Source: Blastocatellia bacterium (lineage in GTDB: Bacteria; Acidobacteriota; Blastocatellia; RBC074). From it: a DNA stretch of 61,258 nt. The notes below the pieces were generated by a model that saw only the letters and a list, made by a program, of their open reading frames with translations, was not told the DNA's origin and did no database searches. Below are positions 45,425-55,764 of the stretch, piece by piece (positions within the stretch are counted from its first letter, which is position 1; each line of letters begins with the position of its first letter). The translations under genes were made by a program, and so were the position numbers. Location of the stretch: NCBI GenBank assembly GCA_049317725.1, contig JBMOHS010000002.1:1-61258 (forward strand), read 5' to 3'.

Positions 45425-46780
45425 ATGCTGCGCCGACGAGAAAGAGAAGACCTGCCACGGGGGTTGACAGCAACCCCTGCCGAGCGGATCAGAAAAGGGA
45501 GAAACAGCGAGAGAGGAACCATCCTCGCGCTGACGGGGATCCTCGTGACGGTCCTGATTGGGGCGCTGGCACTGGCGATCGATCTTGGATATGCCTTCAG
45601 TCTCCGTCACCAACTTCAGAACGCCGTCGACGCCGCGGCACTCGCCGGGGCGAGCGGGCTGCGTTCGACGATCGAGTCTGGATCCGCCCAGCCGCATCAA
45701 GAGCAGATCGTCAAGGATCTCTCGGTTCTCTACGCCTCCTACAATCAGGTTCGGCGCTATGCTGACACACCCGGCGGCAACCCCTCCGCCAATCCCAATC
45801 GACTGGTGCTCGATCCGGGACAAGTGACACTGGTCGGGCCACCAGAGAATCCACAAGTGCGGATCGAAGCCAACCTTCCGATGACCTTTCTCTTTGCTGG
45901 GCTCCTCGGTCTCTCTTCCGCGACGATCCAATCGGTGACGATCGCCTCCACCTTCCCGATCGATGGCGCAACGGGCGGGCTTGGTGGGTGTTGGCGCCCC
46001 CTGCTGCTGCCCGATACCTTCTTTCAATCGGGGGATATCGTTCGATACGTCGGGGATCCTGCCCGCTTGAACAGCCCCTTGCCGAACCAGCCTGGGGACT
46101 ACTACCGCTCCCGCTTCGCGGCAGGGTCACGACTCGGCCCCCCCTTCGTCGACAGTGTCGGCGCGGCTGGCGCTTGGGTGACCGGACTGCGCGATACGAC
46201 CCAAATGACCGAAGTCGGCGTCAAGACGATCCTGGGGCAGCAGGTCACGCTACAGCGGATCTACTATCGCATTCCCAATCTGACGACGCGACCCAGGGCG
46301 ACGTTCAGCGAGCTCCCGACCGGCCTGCTTGCCAACTTCGGCTACTGCGGCGAGATTCGAGTGGGGGAGATTCTCCCCATCTACCCTGTCAACGACGCCA
46401 ACACCTACCAACAGGTTCAGGAAGGACTGACCGCACTGCGGTTCCGGATCAATGACGTCGTCGACACCACCGCCTGGAACCAGTACCGCTACGTCAAGAC
46501 CCCGTCCTACCCGGCCCCCAACTCGCACGCGGGAATTCTCCCCGTGCTTCTTTTCAATCCGGTGGAGCTGGTGAGAAACCCTGCTGCCACCCAACTGCAG
46601 GTGACCAATGTCGGCCTCTTTTATTTAGAGGAGGTCCGCTCTGATGGAGCCCTGCGAGGAACCTTTGTGCGCGAACTCTTTGTGGGGGGCAGGCCCGTCT
46701 CTCCCGCCCATCTGCCGCCAGATTCTGCCCCGTCATTCCAGCGCAACTGGCTCCCAATGGCGACTCAGTTGTTGCAATGA
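45425..46780 (+). CDS. TadG-like protein (Tad_N N-terminal domain), putative pilus-associated/minor pilin-like
   Basis: The N-terminal motif is RGTILALTGILVTVLIGALALAIDLGYAFSLRHQLQNAVDAAALAGA. The start is 45425 or 45359. Confidence 0.7.
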   Translation: MLRRREREDLPRGLTATPAERIRKGRNSERGTILALTGILVTVLIGALALAIDLGYAFSLRHQLQNAVDAAALAGASGLRSTIESGSAQPHQEQIVKDLSVLYASYNQVRRYADTPGGNPSANPNRLVLDPGQVTLVGPPENPQVRIEANLPMTFLFAGLLGLSSATIQSVTIASTFPIDGATGGLGGCWRPLLLPDTFFQSGDIVRYVGDPARLNSPLPNQPGDYYRSRFAAGSRLGPPFVDSVGAAGAWVTGLRDTTQMTEVGVKTILGQQVTLQRIYYRIPNLTTRPRATFSELPTGLLANFGYCGEIRVGEILPIYPVNDANTYQQVQEGLTALRFRINDVVDTTAWNQYRYVKTPSYPAPNSHAGILPVLLFNPVELVRNPAATQLQVTNVGLFYLEEVRSDGALRGTFVRELFVGGRPVSPAHLPPDSAPSFQRNWLPMATQLLQ

Positions 46781-47262
46781 CCGGCGAATATCCGAGAGTG
46801 GTCAAGCATCCTCTCCGGCGGAATTGGTTCAGGTCACCCCGAAAGGAGGCCCTTTTTTGGAGTGGTGTTTCGGTTGGGAGACGAATATAATTGGCGCGTC
46901 AGTTCGGTCAAGCGAACGTGAGTCGGGTTCAGAAACGTCAAAAAGAGGTCGAAAGAGGGCCTTGGAAAGACAAAAAGTGAGAGAAAAGGGGGCAAGAAGC
47001 CTGCTTCCTTGCGAGGAGAGAACGACGGATTACCGACTGGAAAGAACCGATGCCGATCTGACAGGAGTGTGCCGCACTCCCCATTTTCTGACCCGATGAA
47101 TGGCCGAGCCATCCCCCTTGGGCTGTTCCTGGACCGCTCGCGACTTTTCCGTTGCAGATCCTGCCCCTCATTCTCCCCGGGAGACGTTTTGGCGAGTAGG
47201 CAAGTTGGCTGGACCAGACGATGCGAGTCCGCGGGTGACGCGGAGTAAGGACGAGAAAGACC

Positions 47263-48531
47263 GTGCCAAATGCGATCTCAGTTGTAGTTCTGGGACGGAG
47301 CCTGACCCAGCAGGAACGGGTGCTCTTGCGCAGCGCCAGCCACAATCTGTCGGTGGTGGCGATTGTCGCGGAGCTGCCCAACGCGCCGCAGGTGCTCGAG
47401 GAGATGAACCGCCTCCGCCCCCAAGTCGCGCTGGTGCTGCTCAATGGGGATGTTCATCACTCCTTTCAGCTCGTCCAGCGGATTCGGCAGGAACTCCCGG
47501 CGACGGTCATCATCTGCTCCAGCGAGAACCATTCACCAGACCTGATTCTCGAGTCGTTACGCAGTGGCGCGATCGACTTTTTGCGTCAACCCTTTGATAC
47601 GGCAGAGGTCGCCAAGGTCTTTGAGCGCGTCGAGCGAGAGGTGCATCGCCCAGAGGAGTCGACGCTTGGCCGGGTCGTCGCCGTCTACTCCAGCAAGGGA
47701 GGCTGTGGCACGACCTTCCTCGCCGCCAATCTTGCGGCGACGTTGACCCGACCCGGAGGCAAGCGCTCGACAATCATCGACCTCAATCTGCAGGCTGGTG
47801 ATCAGCCGCTCTACCTCGGCTTGGAGCCGAACTACTCCATTCACGATGTCGTCCGCAATTTCGACCGGCTCGACGATCAGTTGCTTGGGAACTACCTGAC
47901 GCAACGATCGAAGTATCTCTCCCTCCTCGCCGCTCCAACCGAGATTACCAAGGAGGAGGACATCCGTGTCGAGCACGTCACCCGGGCGATCACGCTTTTG
48001 CGCTCGCAGTCCGACTACGTCGTCATCGATCCCCCCCGGGTCCTCAACGATATTACCGTGGCGGCACTCGACGCCGCCGACGACCTGATCCTCCTGATGA
48101 CCCTCGATATTCCGGCGATCCGCAGCGCCAAACGGGCGCTCGACATCTTCCGCCTCTTCGGGTACAGCCAAGATCGGATCCGGTTGGTCATCAACCGCTT
48201 TGTCAAATCGCCCGAATTCGACGTACGAAAGGTCGAGAAGGTCTTGGAGACCCCCGTCTATGCGACCATCGCCAACGATTATCACGCGGTGATCGCCTCG
48301 ATCAATGTAGGAGAGCCGCTGGTCTTGTCGAAGACCCAATCGCGGGTGGTGCAGGATATCCAGACGATTGCCGATAAGCTGACGGGGCGAGGCAATCAGC
48401 CTTCTTCCCGTTCGATGGCGGACCCACAGGTGCCGGGAAAGAAGCCCGCGCGTGGATTGACGGGGCTCTTGACGGGACTCCTCGGAGATCCCAAAACGTC
48501 CGCAGGTCCCAGTGAAGGGCCTGGCTCGTAA
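47263..48531 (+). CDS. cpaE: CpaE/TadZ: atypical receiver-like domain fused to a ParA/MinD-type ATPase
   Basis: The deviant Walker A is [21 protein letters not shown], and the N-terminal domain is receiver-like. The GTG start at 47263 has an AAGGA SD upstream. Confidence 0.85.
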   Translation: MPNAISVVVLGRSLTQQERVLLRSASHNLSVVAIVAELPNAPQVLEEMNRLRPQVALVLLNGDVHHSFQLVQRIRQELPATVIICSSENHSPDLILESLRSGAIDFLRQPFDTAEVAKVFERVEREVHRPEESTLGRVVAVYSSKGGCGTTFLAANLAATLTRPGGKRSTIIDLNLQAGDQPLYLGLEPNYSIHDVVRNFDRLDDQLLGNYLTQRSKYLSLLAAPTEITKEEDIRVEHVTRAITLLRSQSDYVVIDPPRVLNDITVAALDAADDLILLMTLDIPAIRSAKRALDIFRLFGYSQDRIRLVINRFVKSPEFDVRKVEKVLETPVYATIANDYHAVIASINVGEPLVLSKTQSRVVQDIQTIADKLTGRGNQPSSRSMADPQVPGKKPARGLTGLLTGLLGDPKTSAGPSEGPGS

Positions 48532-48661
48532 CTCGACGGGCAGGGCCGCGAGGGCGATCGAGCAATCGAGCTGACGACGGAATTGAGATGACTGAATCGA
48601 TTGGACCTTGGGTTGCATCAAGCAGGACCCACCTCACAAGAGCCCCCGGTAGGGAGAAAGC

Positions 48662-50005
48662 ATGGCACTGACAGAACGATTGAACCTCCAGCTCAACAAG
48701 CCTCCGGTGACGGGAGAGCGCGAGCAGAACGAGTTGAACGAGATCATTGAGCGAGTACATCGCCGGTTGATCAATCGCCTCGATCTGCGCAAGCTGGAGG
48801 AGACAGAGCGGACCGATTCAACAGCCGCTCGCAATGAAGTCAAGCGGGTCATCGAGCTCCTGTTGCGGGAGGAGACGACTCCCCTCAACGCGCTTGAGCG
48901 GGAGATGGTCACCACCGCGGTGACGCACGAACTCTTCGGTTTGGGCCCGCTCGAACCGCTCCTCGCCGACCGCCTGATCTCCGATATCCTCGTCAATGGC
49001 CCGCATCAGATCTTTGTCGAGCGGCGTGGCCGGCTGGAGAAGGTCGACAAGGTCCGATTTCGGGATGATGTGCACCTGCTGCAGATCATCGACCGCATCG
49101 TCTCCCGGATTGGAAGGCGTGTCGATGAGTCCTCCCCGATGGTCGATGCACGGCTGGCGGATGGATCCCGCGTCAACGCGATCATTCCGCCACTCGCACT
49201 CGACGGCCCCGTCCTCTCCATCCGCCGGTTTGGGACGGATCCCCTGACGATCAAGGATCTGCTCGATCTCAACGCACTGACCCCACAGTTGGTCCAACTA
49301 CTTGAAGCCTGCGTCAAGGCACGCCTCAATGTCCTCATCTCCGGGGGAACGGGAGCCGGAAAGACGACGATGCTCAACTCCCTTTCCGGGTTCATTCCCC
49401 ACAACGAGCGACTGGTGACCATCGAAGACTCGGCGGAGCTTCTTCTGCAGCAACCCCACGTCGTTCGCTTGGAGACCCGTCCACCGAATATTGAAGGGAA
49501 GGGCGAGATCACGCAGCGATCGCTCCTGCGGAACTCCCTGCGCATGCGACCCGATCGGATCATCGTCGGCGAGGTCCGCGGCGAGGAAGCAATCGACATG
49601 CTCCAGGCGATGAACACGGGCCATGATGGGGGAATGACGACCATCCACGCCAACTCTCCCCGCGACGCCCTCTCCCGCCTCGAGACGATGATTGCCATGT
49701 CGAACCTGCGCATCTCCGATCGGGCGATGCGACAACAGATCAGCTCCGCCATCCACCTGATCCTGCAAGTCTCCCGCATGGGGGACGGATCCCGTAAGGT
49801 GGTCAGCGTCTCGGAGATCCTCGGCATGGAAGGCGAGGTCATCACCATGCAGGAGATCTACAAATATGTCCGCACCGGCGTCGGCATGAAGGGAGAAGTG
49901 CAGGGGCAATTCCGTCCAACGGGGATCCGTCCCCGGTTCTCCGAGCGGTTGGAACAGTACGGATTCAAGCTTCCAGCCCATCTCTTTGAGTCCGCTTGGT
50001 CCTGA
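48662..50005 (+). CDS. cpaF: Tad pilus secretion ATPase CpaF/TadA
   Basis: Walker A is [16 protein letters not shown], and [15 protein letters not shown] plus the [15 protein letters not shown] His-box are present. Confidence 0.93.
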   Translation: MALTERLNLQLNKPPVTGEREQNELNEIIERVHRRLINRLDLRKLEETERTDSTAARNEVKRVIELLLREETTPLNALEREMVTTAVTHELFGLGPLEPLLADRLISDILVNGPHQIFVERRGRLEKVDKVRFRDDVHLLQIIDRIVSRIGRRVDESSPMVDARLADGSRVNAIIPPLALDGPVLSIRRFGTDPLTIKDLLDLNALTPQLVQLLEACVKARLNVLISGGTGAGKTTMLNSLSGFIPHNERLVTIEDSAELLLQQPHVVRLETRPPNIEGKGEITQRSLLRNSLRMRPDRIIVGEVRGEEAIDMLQAMNTGHDGGMTTIHANSPRDALSRLETMIAMSNLRISDRAMRQQISSAIHLILQVSRMGDGSRKVVSVSEILGMEGEVITMQEIYKYVRTGVGMKGEVQGQFRPTGIRPRFSERLEQYGFKLPAHLFESAWS

Positions 50006-50069
50006 TCGGATCGACTGGCTGTCCCGCAATTGGGATGGTGGGCTTCGATCCCGTGCAGAAGAGAAAGCC

Positions 50070-51050
50070 ATGAGTCTACTCTACCTCGAAATTGTCCTTG
50101 TCGGGATCACCTTCTTCTTCTTGACGTTGGCGATCTACTACTATGTCAGCCGCGATACAGACACCTACCGCCGGCAGGTCGAGGAGCAGCTCAAGAAGAT
50201 CGTCGAAGTACAAGGTGGAGTCAGCCAGCGCGAAATTGAAATTTTGCGCGAAGAGATTCTGTTGAGCACCGTTCCGTTCTTTCACCGGCTGCTGATCCGC
50301 TTCTCGATCTTCACGCAGTTGCAGGCGATCCTCAGCCAAGCGGAGATGATGATCTCCGTCTACCGGTTCATTCTCTTCAGTCTGATCGGGGGATTTCTCG
50401 CCGGGGTGCTCATCTTTCTTCTCTCACGATCGCTGATTGCGATGTTGATCACCACGGGGATCGTCATGTTCGCTCCGTTGCTCTTTGTCCTGCAGCGACG
50501 ACAAAAGCGCTTCGATCGTTTTTTGGAGCAGTTGCCCGATGCGCTCGAGATGATGGTCCGCTCGCTGCAGGCGGGCCATAGCTTCAGTTCGGCGTTGCAG
50601 ATGGTCGCGACCGAAATGCCGGAACCGATCGCGCGGGAGTTCGGAAAGACCTACGAGGAGCAGAACCTCGGGCTCAGTCTCAAGGCGGCACTCGAGAACC
50701 TCGTCAGTCGGGTTCCCTTGCTCGACCTCAAGCTCTGTGTGACCGCGGTCCTCATTCAGCGCGAGATTGGTGGGAACCTTTCCGAAGTCCTCCGCAACAT
50801 CAGCCACACGATTCGAGAACGGTTTCGCATTCAAGGTGAAGTACGCGTCAAGTCGGCACAAGCGCGCCTCTCGGGATATATTGTCAGCGCGCTCCCCTTC
50901 TTCCTCTTTTTCTGGATCAACCTTTTCAATGCGGAGTACATGAAGCCACTCTACGAGCATCCGAGCGGATATACCATCCTGGGGGTCGGGATTGGAATGC
51001 AGGTCATCGGGTGGCTGGTGATCAAGAAGATCGTCCGCATCGAGGTCTAG
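50070..51050 (+). CDS. tadB: Tad inner-membrane platform protein TadB
   Basis: The T2SSF-like region is [22 protein letters not shown], and the position after cpaF fits. Confidence 0.85.
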   Translation: MSLLYLEIVLVGITFFFLTLAIYYYVSRDTDTYRRQVEEQLKKIVEVQGGVSQREIEILREEILLSTVPFFHRLLIRFSIFTQLQAILSQAEMMISVYRFILFSLIGGFLAGVLIFLLSRSLIAMLITTGIVMFAPLLFVLQRRQKRFDRFLEQLPDALEMMVRSLQAGHSFSSALQMVATEMPEPIAREFGKTYEEQNLGLSLKAALENLVSRVPLLDLKLCVTAVLIQREIGGNLSEVLRNISHTIRERFRIQGEVRVKSAQARLSGYIVSALPFFLFFWINLFNAEYMKPLYEHPSGYTILGVGIGMQVIGWLVIKKIVRIEV

Positions 51051-51109
51051 CGCCACTCGCGACATTGAGGGTTGGCACGGGAGAAGGGCAGCAGGGAGAG
51101 AGAAGAACC

Positions 51110-52045
51110 ATGGACGTCGCAGCGCTGGTATTGTATGGGGCGATAGGTCTGGCGGTAAGCAGTCTGGTGCTGGCCGCTTACTGGGTGTGGGTACGGCCGT
51201 CAGATCCGTTGCAGTCGCGACTCAAGAAGATCAACTCCGACTTTCTTCCGGAAGCGGAACGGCCACCCGTCTCGACGGTGGTCGTCGATCGGGTCATCAA
51301 GCCGATGGTCAGCCTGCTGCCGGCCTCCCCCCGCAATGTCCGCCGACTTCGACGACGATTGATGCAAGCCGGATTCTGGGGCGAGAATGCGGTAACGATC
51401 TACCGTGCCGTCGCTGTGGCGGCTTTTCTTCTCCTTCCGGCATTGACCATCTTTGTGGGGCGGGTCATCCTTGGCTTACCCTTTGATCAATCGCTGCTGG
51501 GGTTGGTGGCGGTGGCGTTTGGATTCGGCTTGCTCCTCCCTTCGATCGCCGTGTCGCGGTTGATTGCCAACCGCCAGAATCGAATTTCTCGCACCTTGCC
51601 CGATGCACTCGATATGATGGTGGTCTGTGTCGAGGCGGGGCTGGGGTTGAATGCGGCGCTGGTGCGGGTTGGGCAAGAGATGCAGCTTGTTGAGCCGTCG
51701 CTCTCGCAGGAGCTGGAGGTGACCAATCGGGAGATCCGTGCCGGGAGACCTCGTGATGAGGCCCTGCGGAATTTGGGAGATCGGACCGGTGTCGCCGATC
51801 TCAAATCCCTCGTCGCCATGCTTGTCCAGACCGACCGCTTCGGTACTTCGATCGCCGATTCGCTGCGAGTTTTCGCCGATTCGATGCGAACTCGTCGCCG
51901 TCAGCGAGCGGAGGAAATGGTGGCGAAGGCGGCGATCAAGTTGATTTTCCCGTTGCTCTTATTTATCTTTCCCGCGCTTTTGATCGTTCTCCTGGGGCCG
52001 GCGCTGATCAAACTTCCTGCCCTCCTCGGGGCCGCGGCAGAGTGA
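51110..52045 (+). CDS. tadC: Tad inner-membrane platform protein TadC
   Basis: The T2SSF-like region is [22 protein letters not shown], and the position after tadB fits. Confidence 0.85.
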   Translation: MDVAALVLYGAIGLAVSSLVLAAYWVWVRPSDPLQSRLKKINSDFLPEAERPPVSTVVVDRVIKPMVSLLPASPRNVRRLRRRLMQAGFWGENAVTIYRAVAVAAFLLLPALTIFVGRVILGLPFDQSLLGLVAVAFGFGLLLPSIAVSRLIANRQNRISRTLPDALDMMVVCVEAGLGLNAALVRVGQEMQLVEPSLSQELEVTNREIRAGRPRDEALRNLGDRTGVADLKSLVAMLVQTDRFGTSIADSLRVFADSMRTRRRQRAEEMVAKAAIKLIFPLLLFIFPALLIVLLGPALIKLPALLGAAAE

Positions 52046-52168
52046 TCTCTTGAGACAAGCCCACCACAGGACGCAAGGGAAATGTACGACAAGAATGAAA
52101 CGAAGAACAGCCGAGACAGAGGGGACACGTAGGGATGGCTGGTTGAATACGGAAGAAGGAGAGTTCGT

Positions 52169-52327
52169 ATGCGCTTGTTGGTTGCCATGTTGTTGCAGAC
52201 AGGGGAACGCCCCGATCTGACGATCAATTACATCATCATTGGAATTCTGCTGGTAGTTGCTGCCTTTCTCAGCATCATTGTGGTGCGTCGTCGGATGAAG
52301 GAGCAGGATGACGATTGGGATGTGTAG
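52169..52327 (+). CDS. Candidate 52-aa single-pass membrane protein; below the length cutoff of the ORF track
   Basis: My own translation gives MRLLVAMLLQTGERPDLTINYIIIGILLVVAAFLSIIVVRRRMKEQDDDWDV. A GAAGGAG SD lies 7 nt upstream of ATG 52169. The ORF has a hydrophobic core with a positive-inside flank and overlaps the next ORF start by 20 nt. Confidence 0.45.
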   Translation: MRLLVAMLLQTGERPDLTINYIIIGILLVVAAFLSIIVVRRRMKEQDDDWDV

Positions 52328-52712
52328 TCGCCCGGAAGGTCTTGGTCTCTTGGAGTGCAGACTGATTCAAGGAGCAAGTGGGCGGTGTGTGGCTGAGCGG
52401 GTCTCCTTGGCAAACACCGCCTCGGCGCGCCTGCGCGGGTTGATGTTTCGTCGGCAGATGGGGGCGGACGAAGGTCTCTGGCTGCGCCCCTGTCAAGGCG
52501 TGCATACTTGGTGGATGTTCTTTCCCATCGACGTTCTCTTTCTCGATCGTCACTTTTCCATCGTCAGCTTGATTGAGCATCTTCGCCCATTTCGTTTAAC
52601 TTGGCCGAGGTGGCGAGCGAGCAGCGTCATCGAGCTTCCAGCGGGAACGATTGCGCGGTATGGGCTGCAAGTCGGCGATGAGCTGCGAATGGTCCGCCGG
52701 GGGGCCTCGTGA
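52308..52712 (+). CDS. DUF192 (COG1430) domain protein
   Basis: The sequence (ARLRGLMFRRQMGADEGLWLRPCQGVHTWWMFFPIDVLFLD...VIELPAGT...GLQVGDEL) matches the DUF192 pattern. The start is uncertain. Confidence 0.75.
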   Translation: MTIGMCSRPEGLGLLECRLIQGASGRCVAERVSLANTASARLRGLMFRRQMGADEGLWLRPCQGVHTWWMFFPIDVLFLDRHFSIVSLIEHLRPFRLTWPRWRASSVIELPAGTIARYGLQVGDELRMVRRGAS

Positions 52713-54400
52713 GTGGTGCCAGGGGACGGGGACAGGTAAGCTGGGTCGCCCGCTGGGCTTTGCCCTCCTTTGGGAGCCTGTCACTGTTGGTGATCCTCTA
52801 CCTCTTGTGGATGGATGCTTGGCGGTTCCTGCTCGACAGTGATACGGGGTGGCACATCCGGACCGGAGAGCTGATTGCCGCGACTGGTCGAGTCCCGCGG
52901 GGAGATCCCTTTTCACATACCCTTCCGGGAGCACCTTGGTTTGCTTGGGAGTGGTTGGCTGACTTGGGAATGGCCAAGCTCCACGAAGTGGCGGGGCTGG
53001 GAGGTGTGGTTGTCGGGGCACTGTTCGTCCTCCTTCTCGCCTATGCACTGCTGCAGGCCTTGATGCGACAGTGGGGGGCGGATCCCTTGATCGCCACCGG
53101 ATTGACGATTCTGGCTGCGCTCTGTTCGATTGTGCACTGGCTGGCCCGACCGCACCTCTTCTCCATTCTGCTGTTGGTGATCTGGCTGGGGTTGGTCGAA
53201 GACTATCGGCGGCGTCGGACGTGGTGGATCTATGCCATCCCGGCCCTGATTCTCCTCTGGGCCAATCTGCACGGGGCCTTTGTCATCACGCTCCCGATCC
53301 TGCTGATCTATGTTCTTGGGGAATGGGGCGAGCAGCGGCTGCGCGGGGAACGCCAATGGCACCGTCTCGTCCCCTATCTTGTGGTGGCAGGTGGGTCTGC
53401 CCTGGCCGCGTTGGGAACCCCCTTCGGGATCGGCCTCTACCGTCATCTCTGGCACTATCTGCAGGACGGAGAGTTGCTTCGTCTGATCCAGGAGTTTCAA
53501 TCCCCGGACTTTCACACGCTTGATGGCAAGCTGATTGAGATCCTCCTGTTGTTGGGTGGGGCGGCGGTTGGGTTGGCGCTCAGGCGGGGGCGGCTGGTCG
53601 AGCTGGGGCTCTATCTCCTCTGGTTTCATTTGACACTGCAATCGCAACGCCACGTCACCCTCGCCGCGGTCACCTTGACACCGATCATTGCGGAGCAGGC
53701 GACGTGGGCGATCCGTGAGGTCGTCGAGCAGTGGGTCGCCTCCGCAGGAAAGGGGCGACGACTGCTCCGGGCAGTGGTGGGCTGGTACAGGGGCATTCTG
53801 ACCATCGATCGACAGTTGACGGGTGCCCTCGTCCTGATGATCATCCTGGTGGGCTTGGTGGGAGTTGTCGGAGCTGGTGGGGCTGACAAACTCCTCTCGG
53901 CCCGCTTCAGCCCGGAACGGTTCCCGGTGGAGGCGGCCTCAGTGCTTCTTCGGGAGTCACTGCCGGACAAAGGCTATGCGCACGACCAGTTTGGTGGCTA
54001 TTTGATCTATCGGCTCTATCCGCGCTACCGGGTCTTTGTCGATGGCCGGAGTGACTTTTACCGGCAAGGAACCGTTCTCGCCGACATGCAAAAAGTCACC
54101 GGGGTGAGCCCTGAGTGGGCAACCAAATTGGACCAATACGGGATCCAATGGCTGCTTCTGCGCCGGGATGAGCCCCTCTCCCTCACGGCGCGCCTGAGTG
54201 GCGCCTGGGTTCTCCTTCACGAGGACAAAGTTGCGCAGATTTTGATACGATCCGATCTTCGCCCCCCGGCTTCGCGTCATTCCGACGCAAAAGACCGGAA
54301 GATCCAGGGAGAGACACACTTCGCGCTGTCAATTGGCAGGGAAGAGAAGGAGCGGCAGGTGCCGACTTCAAGAATGATTCGAGTGATGACTCAAGAATAA
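52709..54400 (+). CDS. Polytopic membrane protein of unknown function (about 12 helices, possible GT-C-like)
   Basis: The N-terminal motif DSDTGWHIRTGELIAATGRVPRGDPFSHTLPGAPWFAWEWLAD is followed by many hydrophobic helices. GTG at 52709 overlaps the DUF192 stop (GTGA). Confidence 0.55.
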   Translation: MSGARGRGQVSWVARWALPSFGSLSLLVILYLLWMDAWRFLLDSDTGWHIRTGELIAATGRVPRGDPFSHTLPGAPWFAWEWLADLGMAKLHEVAGLGGVVVGALFVLLLAYALLQALMRQWGADPLIATGLTILAALCSIVHWLARPHLFSILLLVIWLGLVEDYRRRRTWWIYAIPALILLWANLHGAFVITLPILLIYVLGEWGEQRLRGERQWHRLVPYLVVAGGSALAALGTPFGIGLYRHLWHYLQDGELLRLIQEFQSPDFHTLDGKLIEILLLLGGAAVGLALRRGRLVELGLYLLWFHLTLQSQRHVTLAAVTLTPIIAEQATWAIREVVEQWVASAGKGRRLLRAVVGWYRGILTIDRQLTGALVLMIILVGLVGVVGAGGADKLLSARFSPERFPVEAASVLLRESLPDKGYAHDQFGGYLIYRLYPRYRVFVDGRSDFYRQGTVLADMQKVTGVSPEWATKLDQYGIQWLLLRRDEPLSLTARLSGAWVLLHEDKVAQILIRSDLRPPASRHSDAKDRKIQGETHFALSIGREEKERQVPTSRMIRVMTQE

Positions 54401-55542
54401 TGAGAACAGGTGATTCGGATATGACCTTCGCACAAATCAAACGGCAGATCTCGCGTCCAGTAGTGGCGGGAAGCGTAGCAATTCTTTTGATCATCGGGAT
54501 GGTTGCCGGGTTGGCACCGTACCGACACGAAGTGCTCGGCTACCTCCTGATGGGCCAAATGGGGTCGGAGCGGTTGCTGGTCGAGGGACTTTTGGAGGAG
54601 GAGATCTCTCCTGACGAAGAGACGGCTGGGGGGGAGAGCGCCGAGGAGAACCGCGGCGAGGAAGATCCAGAAAAGAGCGAAAGCCCACGCAAGCGCTCCG
54701 GTTTCAAGCGGGTCATGTCGGCCCCTGTTCGACTGGTCTTTGGCCTCTTCCGGCGAAAACAGGATCCGCTGGCCGTCCGCAAGGCCAGCAAGGACGAGAT
54801 TGAGCAGATGAAGATGATTCCGATGCAGCGGACACGGACGGGAAGTCCGGATCTAACCATGCCCGGCCCTTCTGATGCCTCCCCGGCAACAGTTGCCCGA
54901 TCCGCCGCCCGGAAACTCTTCGACGAAGCGGTTCAGCTTCAGGAGCAGGGAAAGGTCGACTCGGCCCTCGAGAAGCTGGTGGCAGCTTCGGTGCTCCAGC
55001 CGGATCATGCCGAGACCTATAACCTGCTCGGCATCTGCTATGACCAGAAGCGGCAGTACGCCTCCGCCCAGGTTGAGTACGCCAAGGCGATCGATCACGA
55101 TCGGAGCAATGCTCGTTATCTCAACAATTTGGGCTATTCCTGCTACTTGGCGGGGAACGACAAGTCGGCGGTCAAGTGGTACCGCAAAGGATTGAAGCTG
55201 AGCCCCCAAGATCGACGCCTGCACAACAACCTTGGCCTTGCGCTGGGGCGCAAAGGCGAGTATTCGAAGGCACGCGAGCACTTCGTCCTGGCCGTGGGAG
55301 AGTCGGGCGCACATCTCAATCTTGGCTACATTCTGAGCCAGCAAGGGAAGTATGAAGAGGCGATCCAGCAGTACCAGAGTGCCCTTCGCGGACAGCCCGG
55401 CTCTCTTCCCGCGATGAGTCAGTTGGCCCAGCTCTATGAGCGAACCGGTCGCCTTCGCGAAGCGGCCCAAGTCGGCGAGGAGTATCGACGCCTGGCGGCG
55501 GTTCAGCAGCAGAGAGAATCGTTGGTTGAGCAGCAGCAGTAA
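54400..55542 (+). CDS. TadD-like TPR-repeat protein with an N-terminal membrane anchor and an acidic linker
   Basis: The C-terminal half has 4-5 TPR units (AETYNLLGICYDQKRQYASAQVEYAKAI, ARYLNNLGYSCYLAGNDKSAVKWYRKGL, and others). ATG overlaps the upstream stop (TAATG). Confidence 0.7.
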   Translation: MRTGDSDMTFAQIKRQISRPVVAGSVAILLIIGMVAGLAPYRHEVLGYLLMGQMGSERLLVEGLLEEEISPDEETAGGESAEENRGEEDPEKSESPRKRSGFKRVMSAPVRLVFGLFRRKQDPLAVRKASKDEIEQMKMIPMQRTRTGSPDLTMPGPSDASPATVARSAARKLFDEAVQLQEQGKVDSALEKLVAASVLQPDHAETYNLLGICYDQKRQYASAQVEYAKAIDHDRSNARYLNNLGYSCYLAGNDKSAVKWYRKGLKLSPQDRRLHNNLGLALGRKGEYSKAREHFVLAVGESGAHLNLGYILSQQGKYEEAIQQYQSALRGQPGSLPAMSQLAQLYERTGRLREAAQVGEEYRRLAAVQQQRESLVEQQQ

Positions 55543-55764
55543 AGGTCTTGGCTCTTGGGTGGAGTGGGGGGAGTCGCCGCGGGGAGAGGGTGTCAGCGCC
55601 CATTCCTCTTGATCGGTCTCCCCCCGCGTTGCCGTATGGGCCCTTTTCGTCCCCCGTCGGAGAGGGTGCCCGATCTGCTCCCCGGCAGAATAGCTCCCGG
55701 GACGATGGTCGATCTGAGGAAAGACGCGTCGGAGCAGGGATGGGCCAGATAGGAGTTGCCAGGA

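Noticed and set aside
46644-47099. ORF (151 aa; or about 82 aa from TTG at roughly 46856 with an AAAGGAGG SD) in the tadG-cpaE spacer as a candidate missing Tad component.
   Set aside because: The composition is extremely charged and low-complexity. The codon usage is atypical for this window (aga, ata, tca, aaa, gaa). There is no signal peptide or lipobox. I kept it only as a note within the spacer finding.
51073-51079. Sigma-54 -24-like TGGCACG 31 nt upstream of tadC, and tgccacgcaa in the flp leaders.
   Set aside because: No TTGC(A/T) -12 element occurs at the required 4-nt spacing, and the flp motif lacks the GG dinucleotide.
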